Shown here: positions 50,230-60,058 of the stretch, in pieces | How the letters are laid out: each line of letters opens with the position of its first letter | Numbering within the stretch: the first letter of the stretch is position 1 | Sequence record: PZ445517.1 | Source of the DNA: a phage | Length of the DNA: 64,000 bases | Reading direction: 5' to 3' (one strand) | Translations under genes and position numbers: made by a program | Notes under the pieces: model-generated | Databases searched by the model: none | What the model saw: the letters and a program-made list of their open reading frames with translations, nothing else | What the model was told of the DNA's origin: nothing

Positions 50230-52043
50230 TGGTGTTTAACCCTATGCATGATTTCTTTATTTTTACCGAGATTAAATCCGCGTTCATTCGGATTTCCCAA
50301 ATAACCACATGTTCTTCTTATTGTGTTCATCTTTTTAGGATCAGTTTCTCCACAGATAGAACAAACAAATCCGTTTTCAGTAGGAGTCATTTCATGGGTA
50401 CTTCCGCATGTAAAACACTTATCTACTGGCATATTAACACCAAAATAATCTAAATGCTGTGCAGCATAATCCCACACGGCCTCAAGACCTTTTAAGTTAT
50501 TTTTCATATCTGGAAGTTCAACATAAGAAATGTGACCGCCGGTCGCTATGAAATGATAAGGCGCTTCACGAGAAATCTTTTCAAACGGAGTAATATTTTC
50601 TTCTACTGAAACATGGAAACTGTTAGTGTACCAGCCTTTATCGGTAACATCCTTTACACTTCCATATTTTTCTGTATCGAGTTTACAGAAGCGATAACAA
50701 AGGTTTTCAGCAGGAGTAGAATACAAGCTAAAAGCAAATCCAGTTCTTTCAGTCCACTGTTTAAGACGAGCATTCATTTTAGTTAAAATTTCTCGTCCAA
50801 TATCACGACCTACAAGAATATTCAATTCGTGAATACCAATGTATCCTAGAGACACTGAACTTCTGCCATTTTTAAATAACTCAATTATATCGTCATCAGG
50901 TTTAAGACGAACCCCGAATGCACCTTCTTGGTAAAGAATAGGAGCAACAGTCGCTTTAACTCCTTTTAAGGAACTAATTCTACACATCAAAGCTTCAAAA
51001 CACAAATCCATTCGTTCATTGAACAATTCAACAAATTTCTGTTCATTGAATTGTGTTCCAATATAAGAATCTAACGCGATACGAGGAAGATTCAGTGTTA
51101 CAACACCGAGATTATTACGTCCATCAAGAATTTCATTACCAGTCGAATCTTTCCATACACTCAAGAAACTACGGCAACCCATTGGAGAAACAGGAATAGA
51201 TGAACCGGTGATAGCTTTATTATTCTTAACTGAAATAATATCAGGATACATTCTTTTGCTTGCGCATTCTAGAGCGAGCTGCTTAATATCATAGTTCGGA
51301 TCGTCTTTATAAAGATTAACACCTTCTTCAACGAACATAACAAGCTTAGGGAAAATAGGAGTTATCCCATCACGGCCAAGACCTTTAATACGATTTTTCA
51401 GAATTGCTTTCTGAATCATTCGTTCAGTCCAGTCAGTTCCCGTACCAAACGTAATTGTTACAAAAGGCGTTTGTCCGTTTGAACTAAAGAGAGTATTTAC
51501 TTCATATTCATAAGCTTGGAATGCATCGTATACGTCTTTTTCTGTTTTAGATTGGGCGTAATTCAACGCATCAGCGATTTGCCATTTTTCTGCGTCCTCA
51601 ATATGTTTTGCATAGGTGCGTTTAACATAAGGAGAAAGTACTTTATCTACATTCGCAAAAGTCGTTCCGCCATATTGATGAGAAGCAACCTGTGCAGTAA
51701 TTTGTGCCATAATTGCAGTAGCAACGCCGATTGATTTAGGAGTTTCAATCTGTGCATTACCGAGCTTAAATCCGTTCTCAAGCATTCCTTTTAAATCTAC
51801 TAAACAGCAATTAGTAAATGGAAGAGCAGGGGAATAATCAATATCATGGAAATGGATAATTCCGCTTTCATGCGCTTTCATAATAAAAGACGGGACCATA
51901 TTTTTGGCAATGTGTTTAGACACAATACCAGCCATAAGGTCCCGTTGAGTTGGAAAAACACGAGAATCTTTATTAGCATTCTCGTTTAAAAGGTCTTTAT
52001 TAGTTTTATGAATCAATCCTTCAATTTCTTTTTCAATTGTCAT
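50226..52043 (-). CDS. nrdD: anaerobic ribonucleoside-triphosphate reductase NrdD, uninterrupted
   Basis: 605 aa continuous ORF; C-terminal glycyl-radical region ...RTCGYLG... and zinc ribbon CFTCGS...CSICG. Confidence 0.9.
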   Translation of the reverse strand: MTIEKEIEGLIHKTNKDLLNENANKDSRVFPTQRDLMAGIVSKHIAKNMVPSFIMKAHESGIIHFHDIDYSPALPFTNCCLVDLKGMLENGFKLGNAQIETPKSIGVATAIMAQITAQVASHQYGGTTFANVDKVLSPYVKRTYAKHIEDAEKWQIADALNYAQSKTEKDVYDAFQAYEYEVNTLFSSNGQTPFVTITFGTGTDWTERMIQKAILKNRIKGLGRDGITPIFPKLVMFVEEGVNLYKDDPNYDIKQLALECASKRMYPDIISVKNNKAITGSSIPVSPMGCRSFLSVWKDSTGNEILDGRNNLGVVTLNLPRIALDSYIGTQFNEQKFVELFNERMDLCFEALMCRISSLKGVKATVAPILYQEGAFGVRLKPDDDIIELFKNGRSSVSLGYIGIHELNILVGRDIGREILTKMNARLKQWTERTGFAFSLYSTPAENLCYRFCKLDTEKYGSVKDVTDKGWYTNSFHVSVEENITPFEKISREAPYHFIATGGHISYVELPDMKNNLKGLEAVWDYAAQHLDYFGVNMPVDKCFTCGSTHEMTPTENGFVCSICGETDPKKMNTIRRTCGYLGNPNERGFNLGKNKEIMHRVKHQ

Positions 52044-52513
52044 TTTAAACTCTTTCTAAGCTGCTTCTTAAATGAAGCTATTAATTGTGTTTTAGTGTCA
52101 GATTCATTATATTCAAATCCTCTTTGAAGCATCTCAGCCATCATTTCCTCTTTTCCTAAACGAGAAAATTCCTTTGATTTATCTCCAACGAAGTTAGGGT
52201 GAATATTATTTTGGGTGTAATCGGATTTTAAATAAGTAAGTAAATTTTCTAACCATTCAAGATAATCAACGCCTTGTCCCTTTAAGCCGGAACGATTAAA
52301 TTTGTGCTTCATTTGACCTTCCGCAGCATTGCAAAGATTACAGAGCAATCCACGTACCTTTCCTGCTTTTGGTCCATTTAATTCATGGTCATGGTCAAGG
52401 TGATTAGCTTGAACATCAGGATTTAGTTCTCGTTGGCAAATTAAGCATTTACCATTTTGTGCATTATAAAATTTTTGTTTTTCTTCTTTATATAATTTGC
52501 CAGTCAATAACAT
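52040..52513 (-). CDS. 49: endonuclease VII (Holliday junction resolvase) gp49
   Basis: 157 aa, same length as T4 gp49; zinc-binding CLICQ...CNLCN and HLDHDHE motif. Confidence 0.85.
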   Translation of the reverse strand: MLLTGKLYKEEKQKFYNAQNGKCLICQRELNPDVQANHLDHDHELNGPKAGKVRGLLCNLCNAAEGQMKHKFNRSGLKGQGVDYLEWLENLLTYLKSDYTQNNIHPNFVGDKSKEFSRLGKEEMMAEMLQRGFEYNESDTKTQLIASFKKQLRKSLK

Positions 52514-52561
52514 AATAAAACCCTTACCTTAAATAGATAAGGGTATTTATTATTTCAAGTA

Positions 52562-53026
52562 TTAAAACGCTCGGTCAGAAAAAGAAATTTGAGTTTCAAG
52601 CCATTCAATATATTCTGCCGCGGCTTGCATTAAATTTCCTTCATAACCATCGTTATTTTCTTGTGCAGCTAATTTAGCTAATGCATATGAAATGCGTTCA
52701 CCTTGAAAAGCGGCTTTAGGTTTATGAATAACTTGATCAACTCGTTCTACGACCTCTTCAATTTCGCCATTTTCTACTGATTCAGTATTCCACAAGCACC
52801 AATACGTAATTGGCTTATCGTAGATGTTAATAATCTTTCCATCAGAAAGTTCAATTTCAATAATTCCAGTATCAGGTTCTATATCATCTTCGCATTCTTT
52901 TGCAAGTTCACGAACTTTAAAGACAGTACCTGCACTAAGTTCCGGCCAATAATTACACAGCCCTTTATCAGCACGATTAATTCTAAACCACTTATCTACT
53001 GTAATCATGCCCCATCTCCATATCAA
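52562..53026 (-). CDS. hypothetical protein, about 148-154 aa (position of T4 pin)
   Basis: ORF; synteny only. Confidence 0.35.
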   Translation of the reverse strand: MIWRWGMITVDKWFRINRADKGLCNYWPELSAGTVFKVRELAKECEDDIEPDTGIIEIELSDGKIINIYDKPITYWCLWNTESVENGEIEEVVERVDQVIHKPKAAFQGERISYALAKLAAQENNDGYEGNLMQAAAEYIEWLETQISFSDRAF

Positions 53027-53131
53027 TTAAGTCATTTATCGTTGGTTCATTATATACTGTTTCTTCATCAGTGTAAACCGGTTCTTCCGGCTCTGGCTCT
53101 ACTGTTTCCCATCTAGCCGCCCACCAAGGTT

Positions 53132-53452
53132 TTATAGCGTAATCCATTCTCGTACTGTCTGAGTTACTACACGTTCACAGGGCTCGACTAGTTCAACAGT
53201 CGGAACTGCATAATACCAGTCAGAATGGTAAGAACCTGAGCGAGATTCATTTACAGACACATGAACGTTATGTTTTGGACTAAAATAAACGCACTGCCGA
53301 TATTGGCATTTGCCATCTTGTACCCAATCTTCTATTTCGATAGGTTTAAGATAATCCGAAAAATCGAAATCATAATTTTCTGAAAATGCATCGTGGTCTT
53401 CGATGATTTCACTCAGAACTGCATCAATATCTAATTTATTTTCAATATTCAT
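53132..53452 (-). CDS. hypothetical protein, 106 aa
   Basis: ORF. Confidence 0.4.
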   Translation of the reverse strand: MNIENKLDIDAVLSEIIEDHDAFSENYDFDFSDYLKPIEIEDWVQDGKCQYRQCVYFSPKHNVHVSVNESRSGSYHSDWYYAVPTVELVEPCERVVTQTVREWITL

Positions 53453-53462
53453 TTTTCACCAA

Positions 53463-53657
53463 TTAATTTCGCAATTTATTAAGTTCTTCATAATCAATCC
53501 AGGATTCTAGTCCTGACGGCAAATCAGATTCAATTTCCCAAAGAAGCTCTTCAATTTTCTGAAGACGATCTAATTCTTCAGCTGGAATAGTAACCATTGA
53601 TGGAGTTCTTGATACACTAATATCGTAAATCATATTTACCCCAGTTTGACCATACAA
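53463..53657 (-). CDS. hypothetical protein, 64 aa
   Basis: ORF. Confidence 0.35.
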   Translation of the reverse strand: MYGQTGVNMIYDISVSRTPSMVTIPAEELDRLQKIEELLWEIESDLPSGLESWIDYEELNKLRN

Positions 53658-53851
53658 TCACCGTATTTCCACTTAGAAATAGACTTTTCACCATTAGAAT
53701 AATAAACTTCAAGTTTAGCACGATTATTTTTAATTTGAATAACCTTGGCTGTCATCAAAGTTCCATACCCATAGTAAACTGCAACTTCATCACCTACATA
53801 TACCGCGCTTCCGCGGTAATCGTGAATATAGTCAGTTCCTTCGAGCATCAT
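53636..53851 (-). CDS. hypothetical protein, 71 aa
   Basis: ORF. Confidence 0.35.
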   Translation of the reverse strand: MMLEGTDYIHDYRGSAVYVGDEVAVYYGYGTLMTAKVIQIKNNRAKLEVYYSNGEKSISKWKYGDCMVKLG

Positions 53852-54111
53852 TTAAAATATTCTCGCAGTTGGTCAAATCCACCAATATGACTTCCATCAG
53901 GAGCAAATACCTGAGGCATTGTCAAGCCGATTTGAGTATCACGACCTAGTTTCGTTAGAAGCTCAGCGATTTTCTCATCATCAAAAACACCTTTTTCCGG
54001 CATAATGTTGATAAATTCAAACGGCTGTTTCTTCACGGTCAAAAGACGTTTTGCATTATCGCAATACACACATTTGTGAATGTTGCTATCATAACCATAT
54101 ACTTTAAACAT
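53848..54111 (-). CDS. nrdC: thioredoxin/glutaredoxin NrdC
   Basis: 87 aa, MFKVYGYDSNIHKCVYCDNAKRLLTVKKQPFEFINIMPEKG..., CVYC active site; matches T4 NrdC as recalled. Confidence 0.85.
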   Translation of the reverse strand: MFKVYGYDSNIHKCVYCDNAKRLLTVKKQPFEFINIMPEKGVFDDEKIAELLTKLGRDTQIGLTMPQVFAPDGSHIGGFDQLREYFK

Positions 54112-54112
54112 A

Positions 54113-54370
54113 TTATTCCTTAATTCCTAGTACTTGTTTAAAAGTCTCGTCATAATCAAGACTTTGGCCCGTTTGTTCTTTATGTTTGTATATAATATCA
54201 CTTACTTCTGATAGCATATTTTTATATGAACGAGTTAAAGCAGATTTAAGCACGCTGTATCTATCAGGAAATTTACCATGTTCATTATAATAAGCTATTG
54301 CTAATTCACGGACTGCCTTTTCAGCAGTCTCCATATATTCTTTACGCTTGGTCATTTTCTTCTCTGTCAA
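54113..54370 (-). CDS. hypothetical protein, 85 aa
   Basis: ORF. Confidence 0.4.
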
Positions 54371-54638
54371 ATCGGTGTTTACAATGACGACATTTATAAC
54401 GAAGATTACTAGTCTGCCAATGAACTAATTGTACCTGTTCAGTACCGCATTCAGGACAATTAGGAACGCTTTTAGAAGCCCTTTCGCGACGTTCAACCAT
54501 AGCCATAATGGCATCCCAAGCTGGAGGTTTAAAATCTAAATCGTCAGTAACTAGCAGTCCTTTATCAAACCCAGCGCATGGAGTCCATTCAGGAAAATCT
54601 GAAGCTTCGGCAATATCTTCTAATAAACGCTTTTTCAT
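54342..54638 (-). CDS. zinc-ribbon protein, 98 aa
   Basis: C-terminal CPECG ... CRHCKH four-cysteine motif. Confidence 0.4.
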
Positions 54639-55561
54639 TTCAGTACCTCAATAGCATCACGTAAACCATTTGCTTTGGCGGTTAAAGCCTTAATAACTTT
54701 AGTATGCTCTTCAATCTGTTTTTCAACTTCAATCAAACGGGCACTGAGATATTCGCGTTCTTCTTTCATAGTATCATTCCCATGATTGGGCTTTGGCGTA
54801 GATTTAAATTTACTAGGGTCCTTTAACTTAATAACAACTTTAGTTTCAAACAGTGAAAGACCATAATTTGTATTATCATCAAAGGATTCAACTACGTCCA
54901 TTTTAGATAATAACGTGCGAAGATTATAAGTCAAAGAACGAATCGTTTTATTATGTTTATTAGCTTCGCACGGTTTCATATATGGAAGATTTTTATATAT
55001 TTCATGCGGAGCACAAACAATAATTGACAATTCAAATGGTCCATTCTGTGATGATGGAATGAATTTAGCTGTAACCCAATCTTTTACATTTACATTAATA
55101 GTACGGTCATCGCCATGACAAAACAGTCTACGAGAATGCTTAAAAAGCATATTCACGTTATTATTAAATTCATGTGAAAACTCACTAGCAAATTTTTCTT
55201 TACTATTTTTAGAAAACCATTCTTCTAAATAAGTTCTTTTCACGTCATTAATAATATTAAATGTAACAACATTAGCATTTGATACATTAGTCTCAATGTA
55301 GCTTGGATACATAAATTTTTTAACATTATTAACAGCTATCACAGAAGATAGTAATCGGGAACGTTTGAACCACTCTAGCAAAGAACCAAGAGAATGTGAA
55401 TATGCATTTTGTGTATCTTTACAAATATGGTTTTCCCATCCAATATAGTCTAAAAAATCACGAAGAATATTATTGATTACTGCTCTGTGTCCAATCTGAT
55501 AACTACGGTGTTTAGTAATAAGACTGTCAAAATAATCAATATAATGTTTACGAGTTTTCAT
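54635..55561 (-). CDS. coiled-coil-tailed paralogue A, 308 aa
   Basis: shares FKRSRLLS-type motif with paralogue B; C-terminal 40-50 aa heptad-like, K/E/L-rich. Confidence 0.45.
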   Translation of the reverse strand: MKTRKHYIDYFDSLITKHRSYQIGHRAVINNILRDFLDYIGWENHICKDTQNAYSHSLGSLLEWFKRSRLLSSVIAVNNVKKFMYPSYIETNVSNANVVTFNIINDVKRTYLEEWFSKNSKEKFASEFSHEFNNNVNMLFKHSRRLFCHGDDRTINVNVKDWVTAKFIPSSQNGPFELSIIVCAPHEIYKNLPYMKPCEANKHNKTIRSLTYNLRTLLSKMDVVESFDDNTNYGLSLFETKVVIKLKDPSKFKSTPKPNHGNDTMKEEREYLSARLIEVEKQIEEHTKVIKALTAKANGLRDAIEVLK

Positions 55562-55613
55562 GTTCTTCTCACTTGGTTAATGATTTATGCTCCGAGCCAT
55601 CCTTGGCTTTAAA

Positions 55614-56615
55614 TTACTTAATTAACTGTAAAGCTTGTTCAAGACGATCCAGGCGATTAACAGATTCTTCCCAAATCTTTTTAGCCTGCTCATATTCTTT
55701 CTGCGCTTTATTAGAAATTTCTAGAACTTCTTTATAAGCTTTTTCTAATGCAATAACTTCTGGACGAATTTCTGCCGGTTCAGGCGAATCATCAAGATTA
55801 TCCATTAGTTCCTCAAGGGTAGTTTCTTCTTTAGGAGTATTCACAATTTCATCACATTTTTGTTGGTAAATTTCTTTATCAGTCGGTGAGTACGCACACT
55901 TTACTTCACGAAGACTAACTACAATTTTATATCCTTCCCAACCGCATATATTCTTAAAAGGATATGTATGAATATTTTCTACTGTTTCCATACAAAGTAA
56001 TGCAGTCTCTAACTGACGAGTTATAGTGCTAGCAATTGAGAAAAATTTATTAATATTCTTTTGGTTAGCGTTTGGTGTAAAAAATCCATAATTCACAAAA
56101 ATAGCTACTTTATTTTCATCAAGCTCATATTCTTTTACGATAATCATATCAGAAGCCAAAGGATGAATTTGACGATAATCGCCATAACATAATTTAGAAG
56201 CTGATTTTAGAATTTGTCCTTTGAAAAGTCTGAAATTACTAATCCAACGACGAGTAAAAATATTCTCAGGGTCTTCTTTATTATTAAGATGATAAGAATT
56301 AACATCACCGAACCAATTATATCCTACTACATCTTTGGTTCGTTTAATTTCTTTCCCAAAATTACCAAGAATATCCCGATTAACCAAATATGAAAGAAGA
56401 CGAGACTCTTTAAAAGTTTTCTTGATAACATCTTTATCTACACGGCTAGAAATTTTACGAATTTCATGAATAAATTTAGTAGAAGAAACAATACTTGCAT
56501 CAACACTATTGAGCCATTGATTGATAATAGAAAGAACGATATTTTGACCAAACATCGGTATAGCTTTATCATCAATAACGCTATTGAATGATTTGATATA
56601 TTCGTTACGAGTCAT
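55614..56615 (-). CDS. coiled-coil-tailed paralogue B, about 333 aa
   Basis: start at ATG 56613-56615 (GGAGA upstream, just downstream of an early promoter); FKESRLLS motif; C-terminal coiled coil ...RLDRLEQALQLIK. Confidence 0.45.
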   Translation of the reverse strand: MTRNEYIKSFNSVIDDKAIPMFGQNIVLSIINQWLNSVDASIVSSTKFIHEIRKISSRVDKDVIKKTFKESRLLSYLVNRDILGNFGKEIKRTKDVVGYNWFGDVNSYHLNNKEDPENIFTRRWISNFRLFKGQILKSASKLCYGDYRQIHPLASDMIIVKEYELDENKVAIFVNYGFFTPNANQKNINKFFSIASTITRQLETALLCMETVENIHTYPFKNICGWEGYKIVVSLREVKCAYSPTDKEIYQQKCDEIVNTPKEETTLEELMDNLDDSPEPAEIRPEVIALEKAYKEVLEISNKAQKEYEQAKKIWEESVNRLDRLEQALQLIK

Positions 56616-56643
56616 ATTAATCTCCTCATTAGAAAGTAAGAAC

Positions 56644-56673
56644 ATTATACCACATCCTTGTGGCGAAGTAAAC
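56644..56673 (-). promoter_or_regulatory. T4-type early promoter
   Basis: GTTTAC (56668-56673 rc), 18 nt, TGGTATAAT. Confidence 0.6.
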
Positions 56674-57698
56674 TAGTTTAGTGCATTTAGTGCATTGTTC
56701 AGTTTAGAACGTTGCTTTGTCAGATTTTGAACCCTTGACTGAGCTTGTTCTAACACCTTTTCAGCTTCTAGCACTTCATTGGTCGCTTTAACGAGTTCAT
56801 CATCTACTGCCTTAAGAGACTTCTCAATCGCGTCAGCGTGCCATTTTTCTACAGGTTTAAGACTCGGATTTTCAACAGGAAGAAAATTCACTTTATTGAA
56901 TTTCCATGCATCATTATTACCTGAACTATACATCCAAAATTTAGAATCGTTTGATGAGTAATTGGATAAATTTAAATTTAAATTATCTTGCACTTCTTGC
57001 TTTTTCTCTTGCGGGACTTCGTCCTTTCTCAAAAAATCGTATTTAAATGAAACGATCATATCAAGTTCATATGTTGTCGTATCTAACTTAAATCGTTCAA
57101 AACGAGGTAAAATCTTAGATTGAACAGCAGCAACAACATCCATATACTTAAATGCTTCTGTCAACTGTGATTTAAGGCATTCACAAATTGAAAGAGAATT
57201 TTTTGTATTAGGTTTAAAGCTAATTCGTGCAGTTCTATTATTTTCTTTTAACGGTCTTACTTCCATCTGAAGAGTATAACCATCAAATTTCAGATTCTTT
57301 AAGTTAATATCAGAACCTTTTAATCGACTAGCCGTAGACAAAATTTGCTTTAATTGTTTACGGAATAGAGCAATAAATCTCCATTCAAGACGATAATGAT
57401 TTGGATTAAAAAATCCTGTTGATAAATCAACCTTACTCTGACCAACGCCTTGAACAAATAGAGGATTTTTATAATCAATAGTTTTACAGAAATCGGTGAG
57501 CTGCTCACGAGCAGTCATTTGTGTAATATATCCCGCTTTACTAAAATGACGTAACCATTCACTGCTATTCATATACTTAAAGTGAATATCACGATTAACT
57601 TTATCAGGGTCTAAATTATTTTGGCACAAAAATGTCATAACATTACGTGTATAGCTAGCATTACGAACCATATCTTCAATTTGAGAACGAGTTTTCAT
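56673..57698 (-). CDS. coiled-coil-tailed paralogue C, 341 aa
   Basis: N-terminal MKTR... start and EWLRHFSK segment resemble paralogue A; C-terminal coiled coil. Confidence 0.45.
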   Translation of the reverse strand: MKTRSQIEDMVRNASYTRNVMTFLCQNNLDPDKVNRDIHFKYMNSSEWLRHFSKAGYITQMTAREQLTDFCKTIDYKNPLFVQGVGQSKVDLSTGFFNPNHYRLEWRFIALFRKQLKQILSTASRLKGSDINLKNLKFDGYTLQMEVRPLKENNRTARISFKPNTKNSLSICECLKSQLTEAFKYMDVVAAVQSKILPRFERFKLDTTTYELDMIVSFKYDFLRKDEVPQEKKQEVQDNLNLNLSNYSSNDSKFWMYSSGNNDAWKFNKVNFLPVENPSLKPVEKWHADAIEKSLKAVDDELVKATNEVLEAEKVLEQAQSRVQNLTKQRSKLNNALNALN

Positions 57699-57706
57699 GG
57701 TGTTCC

Positions 57707-58615
57707 TTAAGATTTAAGTAAATCAACAATTTTAATTAATTTTTCACGCTCAGATTTAGCTTTACTACTCAGTCCAGATAGTCTGAAAATTTCATCATCA
57801 TATTGCTGAATAGAAATATTCAGCTCTTCAATCTGCTTATTAAAATAATCAATTTGTTCAGAATGTTTTTCGTTACTACGAACTGGTACAGGTTTTGTAG
57901 GCAATTTAGTTGAACTGGATTCATCCGGGCGATAAATTAAAATACAACTTGAACCAATAGGGCATTTTGCACCAGATGAATATTCTAATGTTCCGGCTTC
58001 TTTTAAAACTTCAAAAGCTAAACAGAGATGATGACCCATATTGACATAATCTGTAGAGCGAGCTCTGATGTAATAATCATCTCCGCGAATACTAAATTTA
58101 AAGCATTTAAGGTCTTCTGTATTATTGGTCTTAAAAATCATTTGTTTATCTAGACCTTTAGCTAATCGAGCGCCTAATGCTAATAATCGTCGTTGATTTT
58201 CCCACAAATCCGCAATCATTTGATCAAATGATAATTTCGGCATTAGTCGACCATAAAGGTCGTATCCTTTATTATAATTGCGAAGGATTTCACTCGCATT
58301 AATACGAGACAATGCTCCAATTTTATTAAGGGCTTTCATGATGCGATTAGATAAACCCATTCCAGACCCGTTTGTTCGTTGTAAATGTTTATCTAATCCA
58401 AACCCAATATCAACTTTAAATTTATCTAAAATTTCAGCATGAACATCTCTGTCAATAACATTCAAATCCAAAGTTGGGTTAAATCTATGAAAAAATTTAT
58501 CTGGCTCTCCACGACGAAGTACAGTCCATTCATTCAATTTTTTATTAACTAAAGATTTAATTACTGCATTGACATTATTAATTACGACTGACATATTTTC
58601 CTCACTCAATTTCAA
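57707..58615 (-). CDS. coiled-coil-tailed protein D, 302 aa (possible fourth paralogue)
   Basis: similar size and C-terminal coiled coil; N-terminal similarity to A-C is weak. Confidence 0.4.
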   Translation of the reverse strand: MKLSEENMSVVINNVNAVIKSLVNKKLNEWTVLRRGEPDKFFHRFNPTLDLNVIDRDVHAEILDKFKVDIGFGLDKHLQRTNGSGMGLSNRIMKALNKIGALSRINASEILRNYNKGYDLYGRLMPKLSFDQMIADLWENQRRLLALGARLAKGLDKQMIFKTNNTEDLKCFKFSIRGDDYYIRARSTDYVNMGHHLCLAFEVLKEAGTLEYSSGAKCPIGSSCILIYRPDESSSTKLPTKPVPVRSNEKHSEQIDYFNKQIEELNISIQQYDDEIFRLSGLSSKAKSEREKLIKIVDLLKS

Positions 58616-58648
58616 TTTTACTAAATACGCAGAATATGATGGAAAAGA

Positions 58649-59011
58649 CTATATAAGCACCACACACACAGATTGAACTAATACCATTCCAAAGAACCAA
58701 ACAATATTATCAAACAATGTCTGTTTTACGTCGAAAGGACGTAAACTTACAGTAATATTATCGCCTTTTTCTATTGATGAATACATCTCTGGGGAAATAT
58801 ATTCGCTAAATCTATAACCGTCATTGAGTTCATATACAGCAATAAACGATAAACTAGATCCCTTTCCTTGAGTTCCTGTAAGGGTATTAACTACAGTAAC
58901 ATCATAATCTTTATAATGCATATAATCATTAATTGCGTAATAACCATATGCAATTACTATACATAAACAACATATCAATAAATTCAATCTTTTAATTATC
59001 AACTGTTTCAT
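58649..59011 (-). CDS. hypothetical membrane protein, 120 aa
   Basis: N- and C-terminal hydrophobic segments. Confidence 0.4.
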   Translation of the reverse strand: MKQLIIKRLNLLICCLCIVIAYGYYAINDYMHYKDYDVTVVNTLTGTQGKGSSLSFIAVYELNDGYRFSEYISPEMYSSIEKGDNITVSLRPFDVKQTLFDNIVWFFGMVLVQSVCVVLI

Positions 59012-59066
59012 AATAATCTCAGTTAAAAGGGCTTAGAACCATTATACCATCCTTGGTATAAAGCGG

Positions 59067-59594
59067 TTATGCGAGTACCGTCTTTAACCGTTCTTCAAAC
59101 TTCCGAAGAGTATTCTGGCGTTCAGCTCTTTGCTTTTTGTAAGTTTCAATACGCTCTGAAATGAGAGTGTATCGTTCATTTACTGATTCTTTCATAAAAT
59201 CAGGAATTTCACGAGAAGATTTAATCTCGTCAAATTTATCAATAACAGCTTGCTCTTCAGCAATTAAGTTATCATACATCAAAATATCTTTCTTGATGAA
59301 CTCAATATCTTCTTGAGTTACACGAGATAATTTAGATGCTTTATCCTTTTTGTACTGTTCATTAGTATCACGAGACCAGTGTAATGTACGATTTTTATTC
59401 GTATTTTTGTAAATTTCTACAATACCGATCTCATCAATAATAACGATCCAATTCCAACGAGATTTGTAAATTTGTCCTCCATCAACCGTGATTTCACCTC
59501 CGATTGAGATGTCATTAAAGAACTTGCTTTGTGCTTCAGATTTAAATTTACCATCATTGTAGTTTACCAAGTTGAAAATATCTTTAGCATTCAT
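59067..59594 (-). CDS. hypothetical protein, 175 aa
   Basis: start at ATG 59592-59594 with GGAGG upstream; track N-terminus is promoter read-through. Confidence 0.4.
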   Translation of the reverse strand: MNAKDIFNLVNYNDGKFKSEAQSKFFNDISIGGEITVDGGQIYKSRWNWIVIIDEIGIVEIYKNTNKNRTLHWSRDTNEQYKKDKASKLSRVTQEDIEFIKKDILMYDNLIAEEQAVIDKFDEIKSSREIPDFMKESVNERYTLISERIETYKKQRAERQNTLRKFEERLKTVLA

Positions 59595-59622
59595 TTTCTG
59601 TTCCTCCGTAGTTGATAGTTGT

Positions 59623-59652
59623 ATAGTACCACAGAGGAACGGTCTTGTAAAC
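59623..59652 (-). promoter_or_regulatory. T4-type early promoter
   Basis: GTTTAC (59647-59652 rc), 18 nt, TACTAT; conserved cassette. Confidence 0.6.
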
Positions 59653-59654
59653 AA

Positions 59655-59969
59655 CTAAAAGAAACTTCTTTCACAATTTTTTCCACTGAACCACGCGCTC
59701 ACTGCTTTCTTAGTCTCAGGAGCAGTGTTATCCATAAACCATTCAAAGGCAGCCTTTTTATGATTCTGGAGAGCTTCTCGGGCTTTAATCTGCTCACGGT
59801 CTATTAACACTAACATATGAGCCTTTCTTGTCACCAAGGGCTTCTTATGATTCTTGGAGTATTCCCAGTCATTTGTCCAACGCATTGTCGTTGCGAACTG
59901 AAATACTGCTTCTTTAATTTTAATTTCGTAAATTTCACGAGCCTTTGAGTATAACATCATTACCTCCAT
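59655..59969 (-). CDS. hypothetical protein, 104 aa
   Basis: ORF. Confidence 0.4.
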   Translation of the reverse strand: MEVMMLYSKAREIYEIKIKEAVFQFATTMRWTNDWEYSKNHKKPLVTRKAHMLVLIDREQIKAREALQNHKKAAFEWFMDNTAPETKKAVSAWFSGKNCERSFF

Positions 59970-60058
59970 TTACCAGTTTAATTCTAGTCATCTTTTTGAT
60001 GGCAGTCCATATAATCTATTTCTGAACTGCCTTTTTGTCATAGAAGGCCTCTTATGAA

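Noticed and set aside
50226-52043. Group I intron in nrdD
   Set aside because: Continuous 605-codon ORF; no untranslatable insert.
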